From: Eledone cirrhosa | Lineage: Eukaryota | Length of the DNA stretch: 64,000 bases | Direction of reading: 5' to 3' | NCBI GenBank assembly: GCA_964016885.1 | Contig: OZ024743.1 | Location: 340,070,001-340,134,000 of the forward strand | In this document: positions 36,701-51,324 of the stretch, one piece after another | How the letters are laid out: every line of letters starts with the position of its first letter | Numbering within the stretch: position 1 is the stretch's first letter | The notes under the pieces: model-generated | What the model was told of the DNA's origin: nothing | Database searches by the model: none | What the model saw: the letters and a program-made list of their open reading frames with translations, nothing else | Position numbers and translations under genes: made by a program

Positions 36701-39586
36701 TATATATATATATATATATATATAATATTATGTTATAAATTTATTGTATTATATTGTTTATTTATGTTCATACACGAAACAAAAAGTGCTACGTAAGGTA
36801 GACCCAATTATGACCATCTCCTCAAATTGTGCACAGTGGTGAAAGAACGATCAAATTTGTCACCTAATCATCAAGCGCTTTTTTTTAATTATACACACAC
36901 ATACGCACACATACACAGACAGACATACAGAGAGAAAGATAGACACACACACATCCAATTATAGTAGTTAAGACGGGATTAATTCACAACAATTGATATA
37001 TATTTCTTTGCATGGTTATTCATGTGACTTCATCAGATGCTTATGCAATTATAGGGGCAGTTATGCAACCATTGGGATATGCCGGTGGCCATGTATAACT
37101 ATCCAGTAGTGATGGCAGCCGGCCCCGTCTTAGCTACTATTATTTGATAAATGAAAACTCCGTCACTCATAATCACCAACACGTGACTGGCATAAACTAC
37201 TGACGTGAAGTGCTTTTGGTTCGCTCGGACCGGCTTATTCTCAAGAAGTTATAAGGTTACAACTATGAACCACATTCTTTTGCAATATATATATATAAAT
37301 ATAACGAAGGAATTGTGGAAAGGAACCATATGGACCATAACGCACCAAAGTACTCAATACTTAGGGTAGTAGAGTGGGTAATAGTGGGTAATATTTCTGG
37401 ACTGTTTAGTCCAGCAATAGCCGTCGAAACGGCTTGAGCTCTGTCGTCGGGGTCATACTTGTTCCTATATATATATACATACATATATATATATACATAC
37501 ATATATATACATACACATTCACACACACACACACACATATATATATACATACATATACATATATATATACATACACACACACACATATATATATATGTAT
37601 GTGTGTGTATGTGTGTACGTGTGTATATGTCTCACCACATCCAATGATTATTTTTAGTTAGCTTTTTAACTTGAACATTAACGTACCTATTGTTTAGCTA
37701 AAATGTACACGGTAGCTGTAAACGTTTTGATTTTCAATGTGGTGGTTATAGATAGGTAAATAATATTTGTATCTTACTGTTTGTTGTAGTATGATTAAGC
37801 TACATGAGATTTGAATCGTTGTGTTGTAGGTGGATTAAGGCTTAGAAAGAAAGTTGAAACACAAAAAGTGTTATGATGTGATGGAATAAAAATAGGTTAA
37901 TTATATATTTGAACTCAAGACATTTCGATAGAAAGTAAAATTGGTAATTTGTGCGACACATGACGAGAATAATAGACTGCATTGATGAAACGAGGGAACG
38001 TCTATTTAGTAGCTTGACCTGCCAGGTCGAGCGACAAAATAGAATTATTTGCTAGAATTAACAGCCAAATCTCTTTCAAATGTCACTCTACCGTCTTAAT
38101 TCTCTATATATTGATTTTTCCAAATTAGGTAGTGTTTTTTTTATTACATTATATATTATTCCTTTGGAAAAAAGTGCGCATAGATTTTTTTCTAAATATG
38201 TGGCTGATTTGTAAACATGGCATAGAATTCCATTATGGTAAACCGAATTGCTTTTTCTTTTCACGAATTAGCTAGACAAGTTTTGAATCTCAGTGTTCTG
38301 GTAAGAATTCGGTGGATAAATTTAGAAAAAGAGTTTTGGAAAGATCAATACAAGAGAGTTAAGATGGTAAGATGGGATTTGAATGAGTCTTGGTTATTAA
38401 TTCTATCGGGATGAGTGACTAAATAAAGGCTTCCTTGTGTCATCAACGTAGTTTGTTATTCCCATCATGTCACACAAATTACGATTTTCTCTATTAAAGT
38501 CTCCAGATTTCAGATATATAATTGATAACTTTCTTCCTTATGTTAATTCAACTCAAAATTTCAAAAGTTATATAACTAATTCTTACCACATCAAACGGCA
38601 CGATTAAACAACATATTTAGCTAGTTATTACCGTAGAGATTGATAAATGATACAGCTGTAGTTGATAAGTTGTTATTTGTACTGCGGAGGAATGTGTATA
38701 AAAGACTTGAGAATGAATCGATTAAAGTCAGAAAGAAAAGGAGTGTGTTGTATTCCTATACTAAAAATTCTAGACACAAGAACGCATCAATACGGGTGTA
38801 AAGTATTTCTAATCATATTACTATATATACTATCATATTGAGATAAAACAACATCTATAGTAGTGTAAATATAAACTAGATAAGTTTGAATAACAGTGAT
38901 GTAATAAGATAAACTAGATTTGTTTTGAATTTTGTAACACGTATTAGCTAAACCAGAGATAAGTTAGTGTTTATATATTTAAAAAGAAAGTGAAACCGAT
39001 CTTTAGATCGGACCAAGGAAGCTGTTTCCATTGGTCTTCCCATTGCTGATTCTTGTAGAATCAGCAATGTTTTCCCAGTGATCGGAGGTGGGATTTGAAC
39101 TCAGAACGCACGGAACGGGCACATATACCGCAAAGATTGTTAAAAATTGCCACTTCACCACCCATGATAAAGTACTTTATTTATCGACTTTAAAAGCATA
39201 AAAGCAAAGTTGACCTTACCGAGATTTGAACTCTAACGACTATAGCAATTCGCCGCCTATATCTAATTGCTTTTTTTCTGACATAATGTCTTGAGATCAA
39301 ATATATAATTAGTCTAGCTTTTACTTTTCCATCATACTTTAATACAGTTGTTATTTTAATTTTTTTACTTGATCTTAACTTTTCAACTACATTGAAATTC
39401 AAAATTATAATTCATACAACAAACAGTCATAATCAAACTAATCTAACCAATTCTGTATATGGTACACAAAATAAAAACTTATATATCAAATTCGTACCAC
39501 AACAAATAGTAAGATAAAAAAATTATTTAGCTAATTAAATATATGAATTGAGTTTCAAGGTAGGTTTTGAAAGTATTGTGAAAATA

Positions 39587-39765
39587 TAATTGTTTCTACA
39601 TTTGGCACAAGGCCAGCAATTACCCAGTGCATTACTGGTACTTTATTTTATCGACCCCGTAAGGATGAAAGACAAAGTTGACCTCGGCAGGAATTGAACT
39701 CAGACTGTAAAGGGCCGTAACTATATGCTGCAAAGCATGGCGTCCGACCTTCTACCAGTCCAAAC
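39587..39765 (-). mobile_element. tRNA-derived SINE with Deu/Nin-like central domain
   Basis: Reverse complement of the family seen at 53402-53594. Confidence 0.85.
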
Positions 39766-40029
39766 AATGCGATGATGAAAGTTAAAAAATTTTGAATAAA
39801 AAATTACGTTTTAATTCCCAATACACATTGTCTGGGCTTCTAACAATTTAAAATGAGCTAATTACGATTTAAATGTAGTTAAATCATACTACAACAGTGA
39901 GATTAAAAACTTTATACACTGATTCTGACGGCAGAAGTAAAATTCAAGTTTTTTTCAGGGGTTGGGCTTTACAAGTTTCCTGTTTACTATCAAAGTTGTA
40001 AATTACATCGGTAATTTGCAACATGTTCA

Positions 40030-41170
40030 CCAACTTGATGCTTGTGGTATATTATTGACAAATAGGTGTTTAGTTTGAGTTGTTTTAATGATATGTTAAT
40101 AGTATTATTTTATGAGTTGTTACAGCATTTTGTTTTATGAGAATTTTGACAACGTTTTCATCTATTTTATAGATACTATGCATTTGGTGAACGTAATACA
40201 CTTTAAGTGTGGGCTGTTTATTTTTTATGTGCAGTGTTTGATGTATTTGATGCTTTGAATTTGTTTCTGCATTATCCTAAAGCTAGATTTAGTAGCTAGT
40301 TGGTATACCTCTTATTGATTTGTCTTACTCTATAGGGTTATTTGTTTAGTGCTTCATTTTTTGTGAAGAAGAATCTGAATGTTCTTCGAAGTAGAGTTTT
40401 AATCACTGACATTGCATACATTTGTGGACATTTGTAACATCTATATAAGTGATAAACATTTATAAGAGTTTTTGTGTAAATGTACGTGATATAAATTTTA
40501 TTATTATATCTCAAGGTTTATATCTAGAAATGAAGTTATTTTACCACTAGAAGTTTTATTTGGATTGCTTGAATACCGAGTTGTAGGACAGCATTGTTTT
40601 CTAACTCCTCATTTAATCTGACAGCTACTGTATCCTTTAAGATACATAGAATCAACAAGCTTGCTATATATCGTATATATCGTATGTTTATGACAGTGTA
40701 CCACTTTGTTTCATGTTTTGGCAATGGATAACGCTGCGAACGTCGGTCCTGGTGCAGAAGACATTGCTATTCCATCTTTTGGCTTGTACAATTTGTTTTG
40801 TGGATAACGAATGGCTATTTTAGTTGTACGAAACATTACCAATTTCCTCAGTATATTGGTTGATATAGGGGATAGCTTTGTTACTAGATCATTATATATG
40901 CCAATTTAGTTTCTATAGTTTCTATCACGGGGATGTTAGTAAACAGAATATTTATATCTAAGGTGTAGATTTTGAACATTTGGTTAGTTTCTTCAAAGAT
41001 CTTTACGAACGCCTTAGATGAACGTATCCTTTCTTTGTCCAGTGTATATTGCTTGATAATGTTATCTAATTATTTAATGATCTTGTATGTCGGTGTATAT
41101 ATTTGGAAAGTTATGAGGAATAAGGGTGTTTCGTTTCCTTATTCTTTAGAGTTCCATGTAAATCCTCTTT
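40030..41170 (-). pseudogene. Heavily decayed Penelope-like reverse transcriptase
   Basis: Minus-strand fragments LDINILFTNIPVIETIE, YKPKDGIAMSSAPGPTFA, YIRYI, CPQMYAMSVIKTLLRR, QMHSIYKIDE. Confidence 0.75.
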
Positions 41171-41199
41171 CACTGTAAGCTAAAATTTACGAACTTCAT

Positions 41200-42628
41200 T
41201 ATGATATATTATTTATTATGGCTAAATGGAGTGTGACTCTCTCACCTCCAAGCTACGTACTTTATAGTGTAACGTTACTTCAAACACCCTTCGGAGGTAT
41301 CCCATTTCGACCGCTTATATTCGCGATCGTATTTTTTCGGTCATTACCCAAGATACATAACTATAGGTAAGGGTTGGCACGAATACCGAATTGAAGATAG
41401 TGAGTTTGGCTTTTACGCCTACCTCACTTCTTCTGATTAATGAATGCTGACGCTAGCACATTACTGCACCAGCTCCTGCAATTCTTGCACTTAATTCAAC
41501 CTTCTGCTTTCCATCACACGTGAACACCGCCCCGAGATCCTTGAACTTCTCAACCTGCTTCAGTGGAACTCCATTCACATCTAGGATGCACTGCTCAGAC
41601 TTCCTTGAGAGGACGAGTGACTCAGTTTTCTCAGCACTGATTTTCATTCCAGCCATGTAGCACTCGACATGAAACCTATCAAGTGCAAGTTGATCACCTT
41701 CTGTCGAGTTAAATAACACCATGTCGTCTGCAAATTTCAGCCGTCCAGTTATAATATCACTTCCAACCCGGCTGCGTATATCAATCTTCTTCATATAAAT
41801 AATTGTTTCTACTTTTGGCACAAGGCCAGCAATTACCCAGTATATTACTGGTACTTTATTTTATCGACCCCGTAAGGATGAAAGGCAAAGTTAACCTCGG
41901 CGGGATTTGAACTCAAACCGTAAAGGGACGTAACTATGCTAGAAAGCATGGCGTCCAACCCTCTATCGATACAGCCAATTCACCGCCATTTCTTCATATA
42001 AATAATGAACAGGAGAGGTGACAGTATGCACCCTTTTCAGAGTCCGACTCTCACATTGAATGGTTTCGATTTAGCACAATTTATCCGAACATAAATACTC
42101 GGAAAATTCGTATAGAGATATCAAGGCAGCAAGAAGCTGAACATCGATCTTGTACTCCTGCACAACCTTCCACAAAGGTCTCGAGGAACGCGGTCCTTTT
42201 CAAGGTCGACAAAACAAGAATATACCTCTTGGTCATACTCCCACGATTTTTCAAAGAACTGCCGCAGTGTAAATATATGGTCGGCTGTGCTGCATTCGGG
42301 GCGAAAGCCACACTGTCCATCGGCTGGTTTGGGTCCGACAATCTCCCGCAACTCCTTGCCAGACTTTACCGTGAGGTTCAACAAGGAGATCCTTCTCTAA
42401 TTGGAACAATCTCTCTTGTCTCTCTTTTTGGTGATTGGAATTATCACTCTCGATTGCAATTGCTTAGGTGCCTTTCCAGAGATCCAGGTCACCCGGCACA
42501 TATGAGTCAGCCAGAGAATACCTTCTCTTTTAACATCTCGGACCGGATTTCATCTTCCCCAGCGGCCTTGCCACATTCGAGTTCTTTTAACTATTCTTGT
42601 GACCTCAGCCTCTGAGAGATTATCACCG
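41200..42628 (-). mobile_element. RTE-clade LINE RT fragment, interrupted by a SINE
   Basis: QCGFRPECSTADHIFTLRQFFEKSWEYDQEVYSCFVDLEK; LKFADDMVL; GMKISAEKTESLV..LKQVEKFKDLG. Confidence 0.9.
41799..41988 (-). mobile_element. Deu/Nin-like SINE inserted in the RTE, 17-bp TSD
   Basis: TTCTTCATATAAATAAT at 41787-41803 and 41990-42006. Confidence 0.92.
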
Positions 42629-42643
42629 CTGCCATATATATAT

Positions 42644-42766
<123 letters not shown>

Positions 42767-42768
42767 AA

Positions 42769-43061
42769 GAGTGAAGAATAACATGGTCAACAGTATTAAC
42801 AACTGTTTCATTGATTAGGATGTCTAAAGATTGCTAATCACTTGAAGTTGCGTCACTCAATCTTAAATACAATGTATGCCTAATCAAATCATCGGAATAA
42901 CTGAATTATTCCGATGATTTGATTAGGCATAAATTGTATTTAAGATTGAGTGGCGCAACTTCAACTGATTAGCAATCTTTAGACACCCTAACCAATGAAA
43001 CAATTGTTAATACTGTAAATAAAACCCTTTTTGTACTGTTGATCATGTTATTCTTCACTCT
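42769..43061. repeat. Fold-back insert (~130-bp arms); each arm is essentially one long-stem-II hammerhead
   Basis: Centre ATCATCGGAATAA-CTGAA-TTATTCCGATGAT at ~42888-42918. Confidence 0.9.
42907..43012 (+). ncRNA. Hammerhead-like motif with 79-nt stem II region (CCGAUGA variant core); inverted copy at 42794-42899
   Basis: TATT-CCGATGA-tTTGATTAGG...CCTAA(C/T)CAAt-GAAA-CAATTG-TT-AATA. Confidence 0.65.
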
Positions 43062-43159
43062 AAGGAAACCTCTTGTTGAGTCAAACAACGCCATACGTTA
43101 AAACTATCCACAATACTCACAACCTCTAACTGGATTACCTATAACGATAATTTGTTATC

Positions 43160-43196
<37 letters not shown>

Positions 43197-43216
43197 ATAC
43201 ACATAATGCATACACG

Positions 43217-43339
<123 letters not shown>

Positions 43340-44076
43340 ACACACACACACACACATATATATATGTATGTATAATATATAAGTTCTAAAACGAAAACCC
43401 ATGAATGATATATGTCTTTAGATAAGCACTTTCTATTTCCTGACATTTATCTTTGTGACAATATGGAAAAAAAGATGTGTCTGTTTGAAGTAGCAACCTT
43501 CTGAATTTTCCAATGTCTTTGAATCTGTACAAAGTGAAAAAAGAACATAAGTTAGTTGATTCATTATTTTCATAAAATGGTCGGAAAAACACGTTCCGCC
43601 TGCAACATATATGATGTTAACGTTGCAACTTAATATATTAAGGCGTTATATGAAAGGGTTAATTGCTTTAATCGGAAAATAACAAAATCTCATGCATACT
43701 TATTAAAAAAAACGGATCAAAAAGACACACGGAAAACGTAAACATAAAACGTGACCATAAGATGACCGCAAAAATAGGTCTGACCACTTAATGATAGTTT
43801 TTTTTCCCCAGACATAATTTGATGTTAAAATTGCATTACTTGTCACAACAAAATTGCTTGTTTTATAACTAGATCTATCATTATTTAAAAATACATGTCC
43901 AGTATTGAGACCGAGGTGAGTGTTATTGTTGTTTAACCCCAGGTCAGCCCTCATACATGCGACTTGTGATTAAATATATCTCATTAGTGATTATCCCATC
44001 TTACTGGCCTTAACCAGTAACCTTTCATTCGCACACGCACACACACACACACACACACACGCATATATATATATAT

Positions 44077-44151
<75 letters not shown>

Positions 44152-44424
44152 TGAAAGATTACTGGTTAAGTTCAGTAAGATCATTAGTCATCTTAGTATT
44201 CTATACTTATGAAAAGTAGAATATATATATCATAAGGATTTTATGCTCTGCCGTTAAGCTTTATCATTTCGATTTGCTATTGAAGCAGCAAAAAGCTTAA
44301 CCATAGGCCGAAAATCCTTATAATATATATATATAATAAACTTCATATCTGTACAAACAGTACAGCTTCTTTTAACCGAAGCTGCAAGAAATGCATATGT
44401 AAGCACACATTGATATATATATTC

Positions 44425-44649
44425 TTATATTTGGGAAGTTATAACATTGCCAGAAGTATATAGTGAAACACACTCACTGTTTGGTTTGGGTCGGTTTTCA
44501 CTTCAGTATATTTTATATTTCTATAATTAATTCAGCTGGCATTCAATATTTATCGTTGTTTGATCAACAGTTAAAACTATAGTTATAAATATAGTTTCTC
44601 AGAGTTCTTTCGTCACACACCTGTGACATCATCAGTGATATTTGTTTGC

Positions 44650-44655
<6 letters not shown>
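44425..44655 (-). mobile_element. PLE 3' terminal fragment with hammerhead
   Basis: Homologous to 22582-22816 (TTGCCAGAA..ACACACTCACTGTTTGGTT); inserted at a TA tract. Confidence 0.8.
44599..44638 (-). ncRNA. Minimal type I hammerhead ribozyme
   Basis: Minus strand TCA-CTGATGA-tGTCAC aggtgt GTGAC-GAAA-GAAC-TC-TGA. Confidence 0.82.
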
Positions 44656-44735
<80 letters not shown>

Positions 44736-45002
44736 CCATGTAATCATGTTTTATTTACGTATTTCTCTATTGATTAAAAAAAGATGAACAGCTGGATTCT
44801 AGGTTCGAATTTTGTAAAGACTTTCATCAGAAACTGTTTACATCCATCACAATCCACGAGGAAATACGCAACCAAAGGCATTGTGTTATGGTCCCGTAAC
44901 TCCTGATAGAGTCGTAGGGGCGCCGTGAGTACAGCAGATTTCTTCCAGAGAAAAATAGAAAGTGAGAGAGAGGAAATAAGAAAGAGATATAGAAGAAGAA
45001 TT

Positions 45003-45160
45003 GACCCCAGTACTAGACTGGTACTTTTTTTATCGACCTCGAAAGCATGAACGGAAAGGTTGATCTCGGCGGGATTTGAACTCAGAGAGCAGAAAGCCGG
45101 AACGAATACTAAGCCGCATTCTATCCGACGTTCTAACGACTCTGCCAATTCACCGCTTAA
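45003..45160 (-). mobile_element. Deu/Nin-like tRNA SINE
   Basis: CTGGTACT..TATCGACC..GGCGGGATTTGAACTCAG..CTGCCAATTCACCGC. Confidence 0.8.
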
Positions 45161-46405
45161 AGGCATTATATAGCCACTAAATATGGCAGAATTAGAGAAA
45201 CTGTTCCTACAAAATTTGCATTATTTTAGTGCTTACGCTGGTAGTTAATTCAACTGCATATTAAATTGTGTACTAAGCAGCTGAAGTATATTATAAATTC
45301 ATATCTGTACAAGCTTTTAACCGAAACTGCCTAAAATATGTATGAAAATACATTTAAAATATATTTTAGCATGTAGACTGTTATTTACGTATTTCTCTGA
45401 AAGCGATCTAGTTCATTGGATAGAAACTGTTTGGAAGCCCATCTGATGGTCTGTACCTGTATCTTGTCACATATATTTCTCCAACTTTTTTCTCTTTCTT
45501 CCCTCCCCCTGTTTGTTATTTTACCCATCCATTTAAAATACATCATTGTATACTTCTGTTCGTCATTAAATATTGTTTGTTATATAAATAAAATTCAGAA
45601 TTATGATAAAAAGAACACATTGTCGACAAGATTATATAGAAAACATTAGCTCTCTCTTATTAACTGAAAAGCAATAAAGGCATTGCATAATACAGTCCTA
45701 GATTCATTATCTTGAAAAAGATGAGCCAACAAAAGAACCTCTACAAAGGTCGATAAATCTGCTAGAAATAAGAACCAAATTACCCCCAAATTTCATTTCA
45801 TCATATTAAAAAGAATACATCGGAAAACGAAGTTTATGGATATTTAAAAGATGGGATAGTTACGAATGGAAGGCATTTGGCTATAAGTCTATAAAAAAAA
45901 CACACAAAAAAACGGAGTTAGAAAACACCAAGAAGAAAAACAGCAACATCAACAACAACAGTAACTAAGACCAGTATTTTTGTTTTTCTTCAATCATTGT
46001 GTTGGAAGAACTATCTATCATATTAACCTTGTGTTATGTTTAAATATATTGTTGTGGTTGTTGTTGTTGTTTAGCCCCAGACCAACTCTGATTGAACCAA
46101 ATTATAGTGAAACGAATTTGGATATTTTCATAGGATAAGACTATTTGTCTTGATGAACGGATAATAAACCATAAATCACGTAAAAGAACCCTTCTGTGTA
46201 CGAAGAGAATAACAAAGTTTTCACATTTGTTAAATGCAACGATCACAAAAGGTTAACTGGAAATAGTTATAGGGAGTGACTTAGCTAGATAGATGTATAG
46301 ATTCACAGGTAAATAGGTAGATAACTAGCTAGCTAGACAGACGGATAAATAGATAGACAGGGAGGTAGATAAATAGATTTAGATGGGCAGATAGATATAG
46401 ATATC

Positions 46406-46728
46406 TTTCTTTATTTGCCACAGGGGCGTACAAAAATGGGACATTACAAGACGTGACGGCGGGGGTTTTACATAAAAATAACTTTAACATTAATAAATAA
46501 CAATAAACTATATACAATAAAATAACAATTGAAATCCCCAGTAGGGGGAACATTACTGCAGGGTTGTTTTACACCCCGTGGATAGAACAACCCTCAACAC
46601 CAGGAACACGTTTTGTAGGCGTTCCTGTCTTCCCTCTGTTTATCTTCCTCAACCTACAGGTTTATATACAGAGAAGGCCCATTCACTCGGGCCATTTTTG
46701 CCACATTCACCCACCTTTCAGCGAATTT
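46406..46728 (-). mobile_element. 3' end of L1/Tx1-type LINE embedded in (GATA)n
   Basis: Minus strand KFAERWVNVAKMARVNGPSLYINL* matches the end of ORF 55123-55920; related 3' UTR ending AATAAAGAAA. Confidence 0.9.
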
Positions 46729-46880
46729 AGATAGATATAGATAGATAGACGAATAGATGGATGGATACATATAGATAGATAGATAGATTGATTGATGGAT
46801 ATATAAATAGAGATATAGAATGAAAAAGATAGATAAAAAGATAGGTAGATATATACATAGATAGATAAGGATGTTGATTT

Positions 46881-46943
46881 TCTTCTTCTTCTTCTTCTTC
46901 TTCTTCTTCTTCTTCTTCTTCTTCTTCTTCTTCTTCTTCTTCT
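46881..46943. repeat. (CTT)n microsatellite
   Basis: Read directly. Confidence 0.97.
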
Positions 46944-47300
46944 TGGACCGAATTTCCTTCTCCCTAGAGGCCTTGCCACATTTGAGCTCTTTAATTAGCT
47001 CTTGTGACCTCAGTCTCCGAGAGATTAGTCATTGTTCCCAGATGCACTTCATGTACATCAGAAGATGCTGTTGTGCTCGGGTTTAGGAAATCAGCAAAGT
47101 ATTCTCTCTACCTCACAAACACCCACCTCTCCGAACAGAGGAGAACGCCAGACGCATTCCTGATAGCAAGAGGATATCATATTACGAAATCGGCGGATGG
47201 TCTGTCAGAACACTTTGTTTGCTGATCTGAAGTCGGATTCCAGCTTAACCCCAAAGTATCGTCCTTCGCGTTGGTTAACAAGGGACGCGATCAGGCATTA
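46944..47300 (-). mobile_element. RTE-clade LINE fragment (endonuclease-RT linker)
   Basis: 46944-47028 homologous to 42540-42626; minus strand GVLL..REYFADFLNP..LSETEVTRA. Confidence 0.7.
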
Positions 47301-48579
47301 GGTTGAGAGGCCTGTTCGAAAAATATATTGCAGTCTCCATTTCATGCCGTAAAAACTGGCGATGTGCCTGCGATCTGTCCTGGTAGGCGTGGGATGGGCG
47401 TACTAAAATTTCGTGTCCCGAGACCCGCAAAGAGGGTTCGGAAGGGAGCAATTGAAATATTTCAAAGTAAAAATAACTAAATATAGTTATTCTCAAATTG
47501 ATATTATGTGAAATACCACTGCAGCTTTTATATTGTGTTTGAATAGATAATATTTTTTATTAACAATTTTAACAGTAGCATCAGGTGGTCTTTATGTTGG
47601 ACATGGTTTTGAAAAACGTCCATATGTTAAGTAGTCAACCCCGGAAAAATCATAACAAGTTTATTACTTTCATATGTTATTGTCATCATTGAAAATCTTC
47701 ATGGAGTCAAAACCGAACATTTTATTGAATATATACATTTAAGCCCCACAGTGTCCTTTAAATGCACTTTATTATTTTTTTTTTAATTATCCGAATTCTT
47801 CCTGTAAGCATGGGTTGGATTTCATCATTAAAATTGGAATAAGAAAAATAGTATCATATGTTGAACTTTAGAAAAGTTTTACATATTTTTTGCAGTTCCG
47901 CTTGACGTTTGTATTTGAAAAGTGCTTGTTTATTGGTCAAGTTCTTTACCTGAAATTACTAGCCTTTCCAGATTGTACTAACACAGCCAAGGGCACAATA
48001 ATTATCTGTATAAAAGTGAATTTATTATCAGCGCAGAGAAGTGAAGATTTCCAATTACTACAATTCTATAATTCTCACCGACACACACACACGCGCGTGC
48101 ACGCACACGCACTTACTTCTCTCTCTTTCACCCCCCTCTCACTCTCTCTCTCTCTAGCACACACGTATTCAAATAAGGTTATATACTCACTGTTGTCAGC
48201 CAATAAGATCAAATTTATGAAGGAAACTCGCAGGAAACTGGAGTTGAACACATTACATTTTTCTTCGATTTCCAAATATATGCTGTGGTCACAAGAGCAA
48301 TTAAAGAGCTTCAATATGGTAAGACCGCTGGGGAGGATTAAATTCGGCTATATAAAAAACTTTAAATAGAGAAGGTATAATCTGGTTGATTCGTGTGTGC
48401 TGGATGGCCTGTGTCTCCATCTTGGAGTTCTCGCTAGTGTTCACTTATCCTTTCTCGTATGCCGGAAATTTATAATAAATTGAAATCAAAACCAACAGGT
48501 GTGTGTTTTTTTATTGGCAACATGACCCTCCCAAAGTATAATAATATATATATATATATATAAATATAAATAAATACAC

Positions 48580-48778
48580 ATGGTACTTTATTTTATCGAC
48601 GCCGTAAGGATGAAAGGCGAGATTTGAACTCAGAATGACAAGGGACGTAACTCTATGCGTCAAAGCATGGCGTCCTACCCTCTACCGATACTGCCAATCC
48701 ACCGTTTGTAGAGTAAAATAATTGTTTCTACTTTTGGCACAAGGCCAGCAATTATCCCAGTGTATTACTGGTACTTTA
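48580..48778 (-). mobile_element. Two adjacent partial Deu/Nin-like SINE copies
   Basis: Head/body at ~48580-48705, then a 3'-end-only copy bracketed by TTGTAGAGTAAAATAAT twice. Confidence 0.75.
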
Positions 48779-48802
48779 GAGTACTTGTAGAGTAAAATAA
48801 TG

Positions 48803-49358
<556 letters not shown>

Positions 49359-49359
49359 A

Positions 49360-50190
49360 TATAAGTATGCGGAGGTTACTGATCTTATCGGCCTTTTCCT
49401 TCTTTTCTCTATCAAGGAAGAATTCCCCAATGTGGGCGGTGGTTTGTACCGTGATGACGGTCTTTTGCCTATGACAAAGTGCGGCCCACGTCCTTGCGAC
49501 AGGTTCAGAAAAGAAGTCACTGCCTTCTTTAAAGAACCTGGTAAGAAACGTTTCTTTGAGGCTTTCCCGTCTATCTACAAACGAGCATATTTTCACCGAC
49601 CATTCCACATATTACAATGAAGCTCTTGCTCGGAGTTGATTTGTCGATAAGGTAGCATATACAGAGTATGAGAATAGACCTAGGAAAAATAGATCCCGAC
49701 GCATTATATGGTATAACCCACCATTTAATATGGAGGTGGCCACACCTTTAGCTAAGATCTTTCTCTCCCTTATTATGAAGCATTTCCCACCAGCACATAA
49801 ATATAGTAACATTTTTAATAGAAATACCATTAAGATTTCTTACTCCACGATTCCTAACCTTGCACATAACACCACAGCTTCAAATTTAGATAAATTACCT
49901 AGCCGTAGGAACACGTGCAACCCTATAGCTAGTACTAACTGTAATTGTAGGAATCGGGTTGACTGCTCCCTATCCGGAAAATGCCTCTCTAGTAACATTG
50001 TCTACAAATATAAGGTTGAAACATCCACGTCCCGTAGAGCCTACATAGGGTTAACCGCCAATAGATTCAAGCAGTGTCTTTACATGCATACCCATTCTTT
50101 TCTTAACCCTTTAAGAAGGAATATGACGTCACTTTCAGCTTATATCTGGAGTCAAAAAGACAACCACACCCAATATAAGTTACACTGCTT
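49360..50190 (+). pseudogene. Penelope-like RT/GIY-YIG remnant with internal deletion
   Basis: GLYRDDGL; RRIIWYNPPFN..IFNRNTIKISYSTIPN..CNCRNRVDCSLSGKC..IVYK..YIGLTANRFKQ. Confidence 0.88.
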
Positions 50191-50308
50191 AAACTTTAAT
50201 CTGTTATTTTAATAAATATTTGCTCTACGGTTCTTATATATTTGATATATATTTATCCTTATCGAGCCCTCTCTGGATTTAGTCTTCAAATTTATTATTA
50301 TTACAATA

Positions 50309-50379
<71 letters not shown>

Positions 50380-50724
50380 ATAAATATATATATATATTGA
50401 TAAATGAAATATAATATAATTTTGTCTCAAATTGATATTTATGTGAAATATCCCTGCAGATTTTACATTGTAATGGAGTAAATAATGTCTTTTATAAACA
50501 ATCTTAGCAGTAGCATCAGGTGGTCTTTATGTTGAACATGGTTTTGTAAAAAATGTTGATATTTTAAGAAGTCAATTCCGGAAAAACCATATCAAGTTTC
50601 TTATGTTAACTCTTCATGGGGCCATAGATAATAATTTCATTAAAGATATATATACCGCCTCCCACTGATCTTTTAAAGCAAGGTACTCAATGCATGAAGT
50701 AGCATTGACATATTATCATTTATT

Positions 50725-50870
50725 AGGAGGCGAATTGGCAGAGTCGTTATAGAATCAGAATAAAAATGCCTCGATATTTGTTTCGGCTCACTATGCCTTG
50801 AGTTCAAATCTTGCCGAGGTTAGCTTTGCTTTTCCCCCTTTGAAGGTCGACAAATGAAATACCAGTAGTG
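50725..50870 (+). mobile_element. Deu/Nin-like tRNA SINE (older copy)
   Basis: GGCGAATTGGCAGAGTCGTT..GAGTTCAAATC..GGTCGAC..TACCAGT. Confidence 0.75.
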
Positions 50871-50998
50871 GAGGACGATTTTTTCTCTTTAAATTTCTCA
50901 AGAAGAAATCACCTGTGTTCTGAGCCGGAGAAGGATTGGCTCGACCAGATTTAAAATACCCAAGACTCAAGAGTAAAAGCCTTTCATCATTATCTATT

Positions 50999-51178
50999 AG
51001 GGCGGTGGATTGGCAGAATTGGTAGAGGGTTGGACATGCTTTCCAGCATAGTTACGTCCCTATACGATCTGAGTTAAAATCCCGCCAAGGTTAACTTTGC
51101 CTTTCATCCTTACGAGGCCGATAAAATAAAGCACCACTGGGTAATTGCTGGCCTTGTGCCGAAAGTAGAAACAATTAT
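50999..51178 (+). mobile_element. Deu/Nin-like tRNA SINE with TSD ATTATCTATTA
   Basis: Family consensus; direct repeat on both flanks. Confidence 0.9.
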
Positions 51179-51324
51179 CTATTACTAGCAGAAGAACCGC
51201 CCCTCAGCGGTTTTCTGCTAGCATATGTAGTGTGCATATTGGTATTATACGCAAATATATATGCATATAGATATGATATGTAAATTGAAAAGTAAATTGA
51301 TAATATCTTCTTTTTCACTCACTT

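Noticed and set aside
36990-37041. Minus-strand CTGATGA..GAAA-TATATA-TC motif
   Set aside because: Palindromic loop III present but stem I does not pair; possibly a decayed copy, not called.
44818-44835. Minus-strand CTGATGAAAG
   Set aside because: No stem II between the boxes; chance match.
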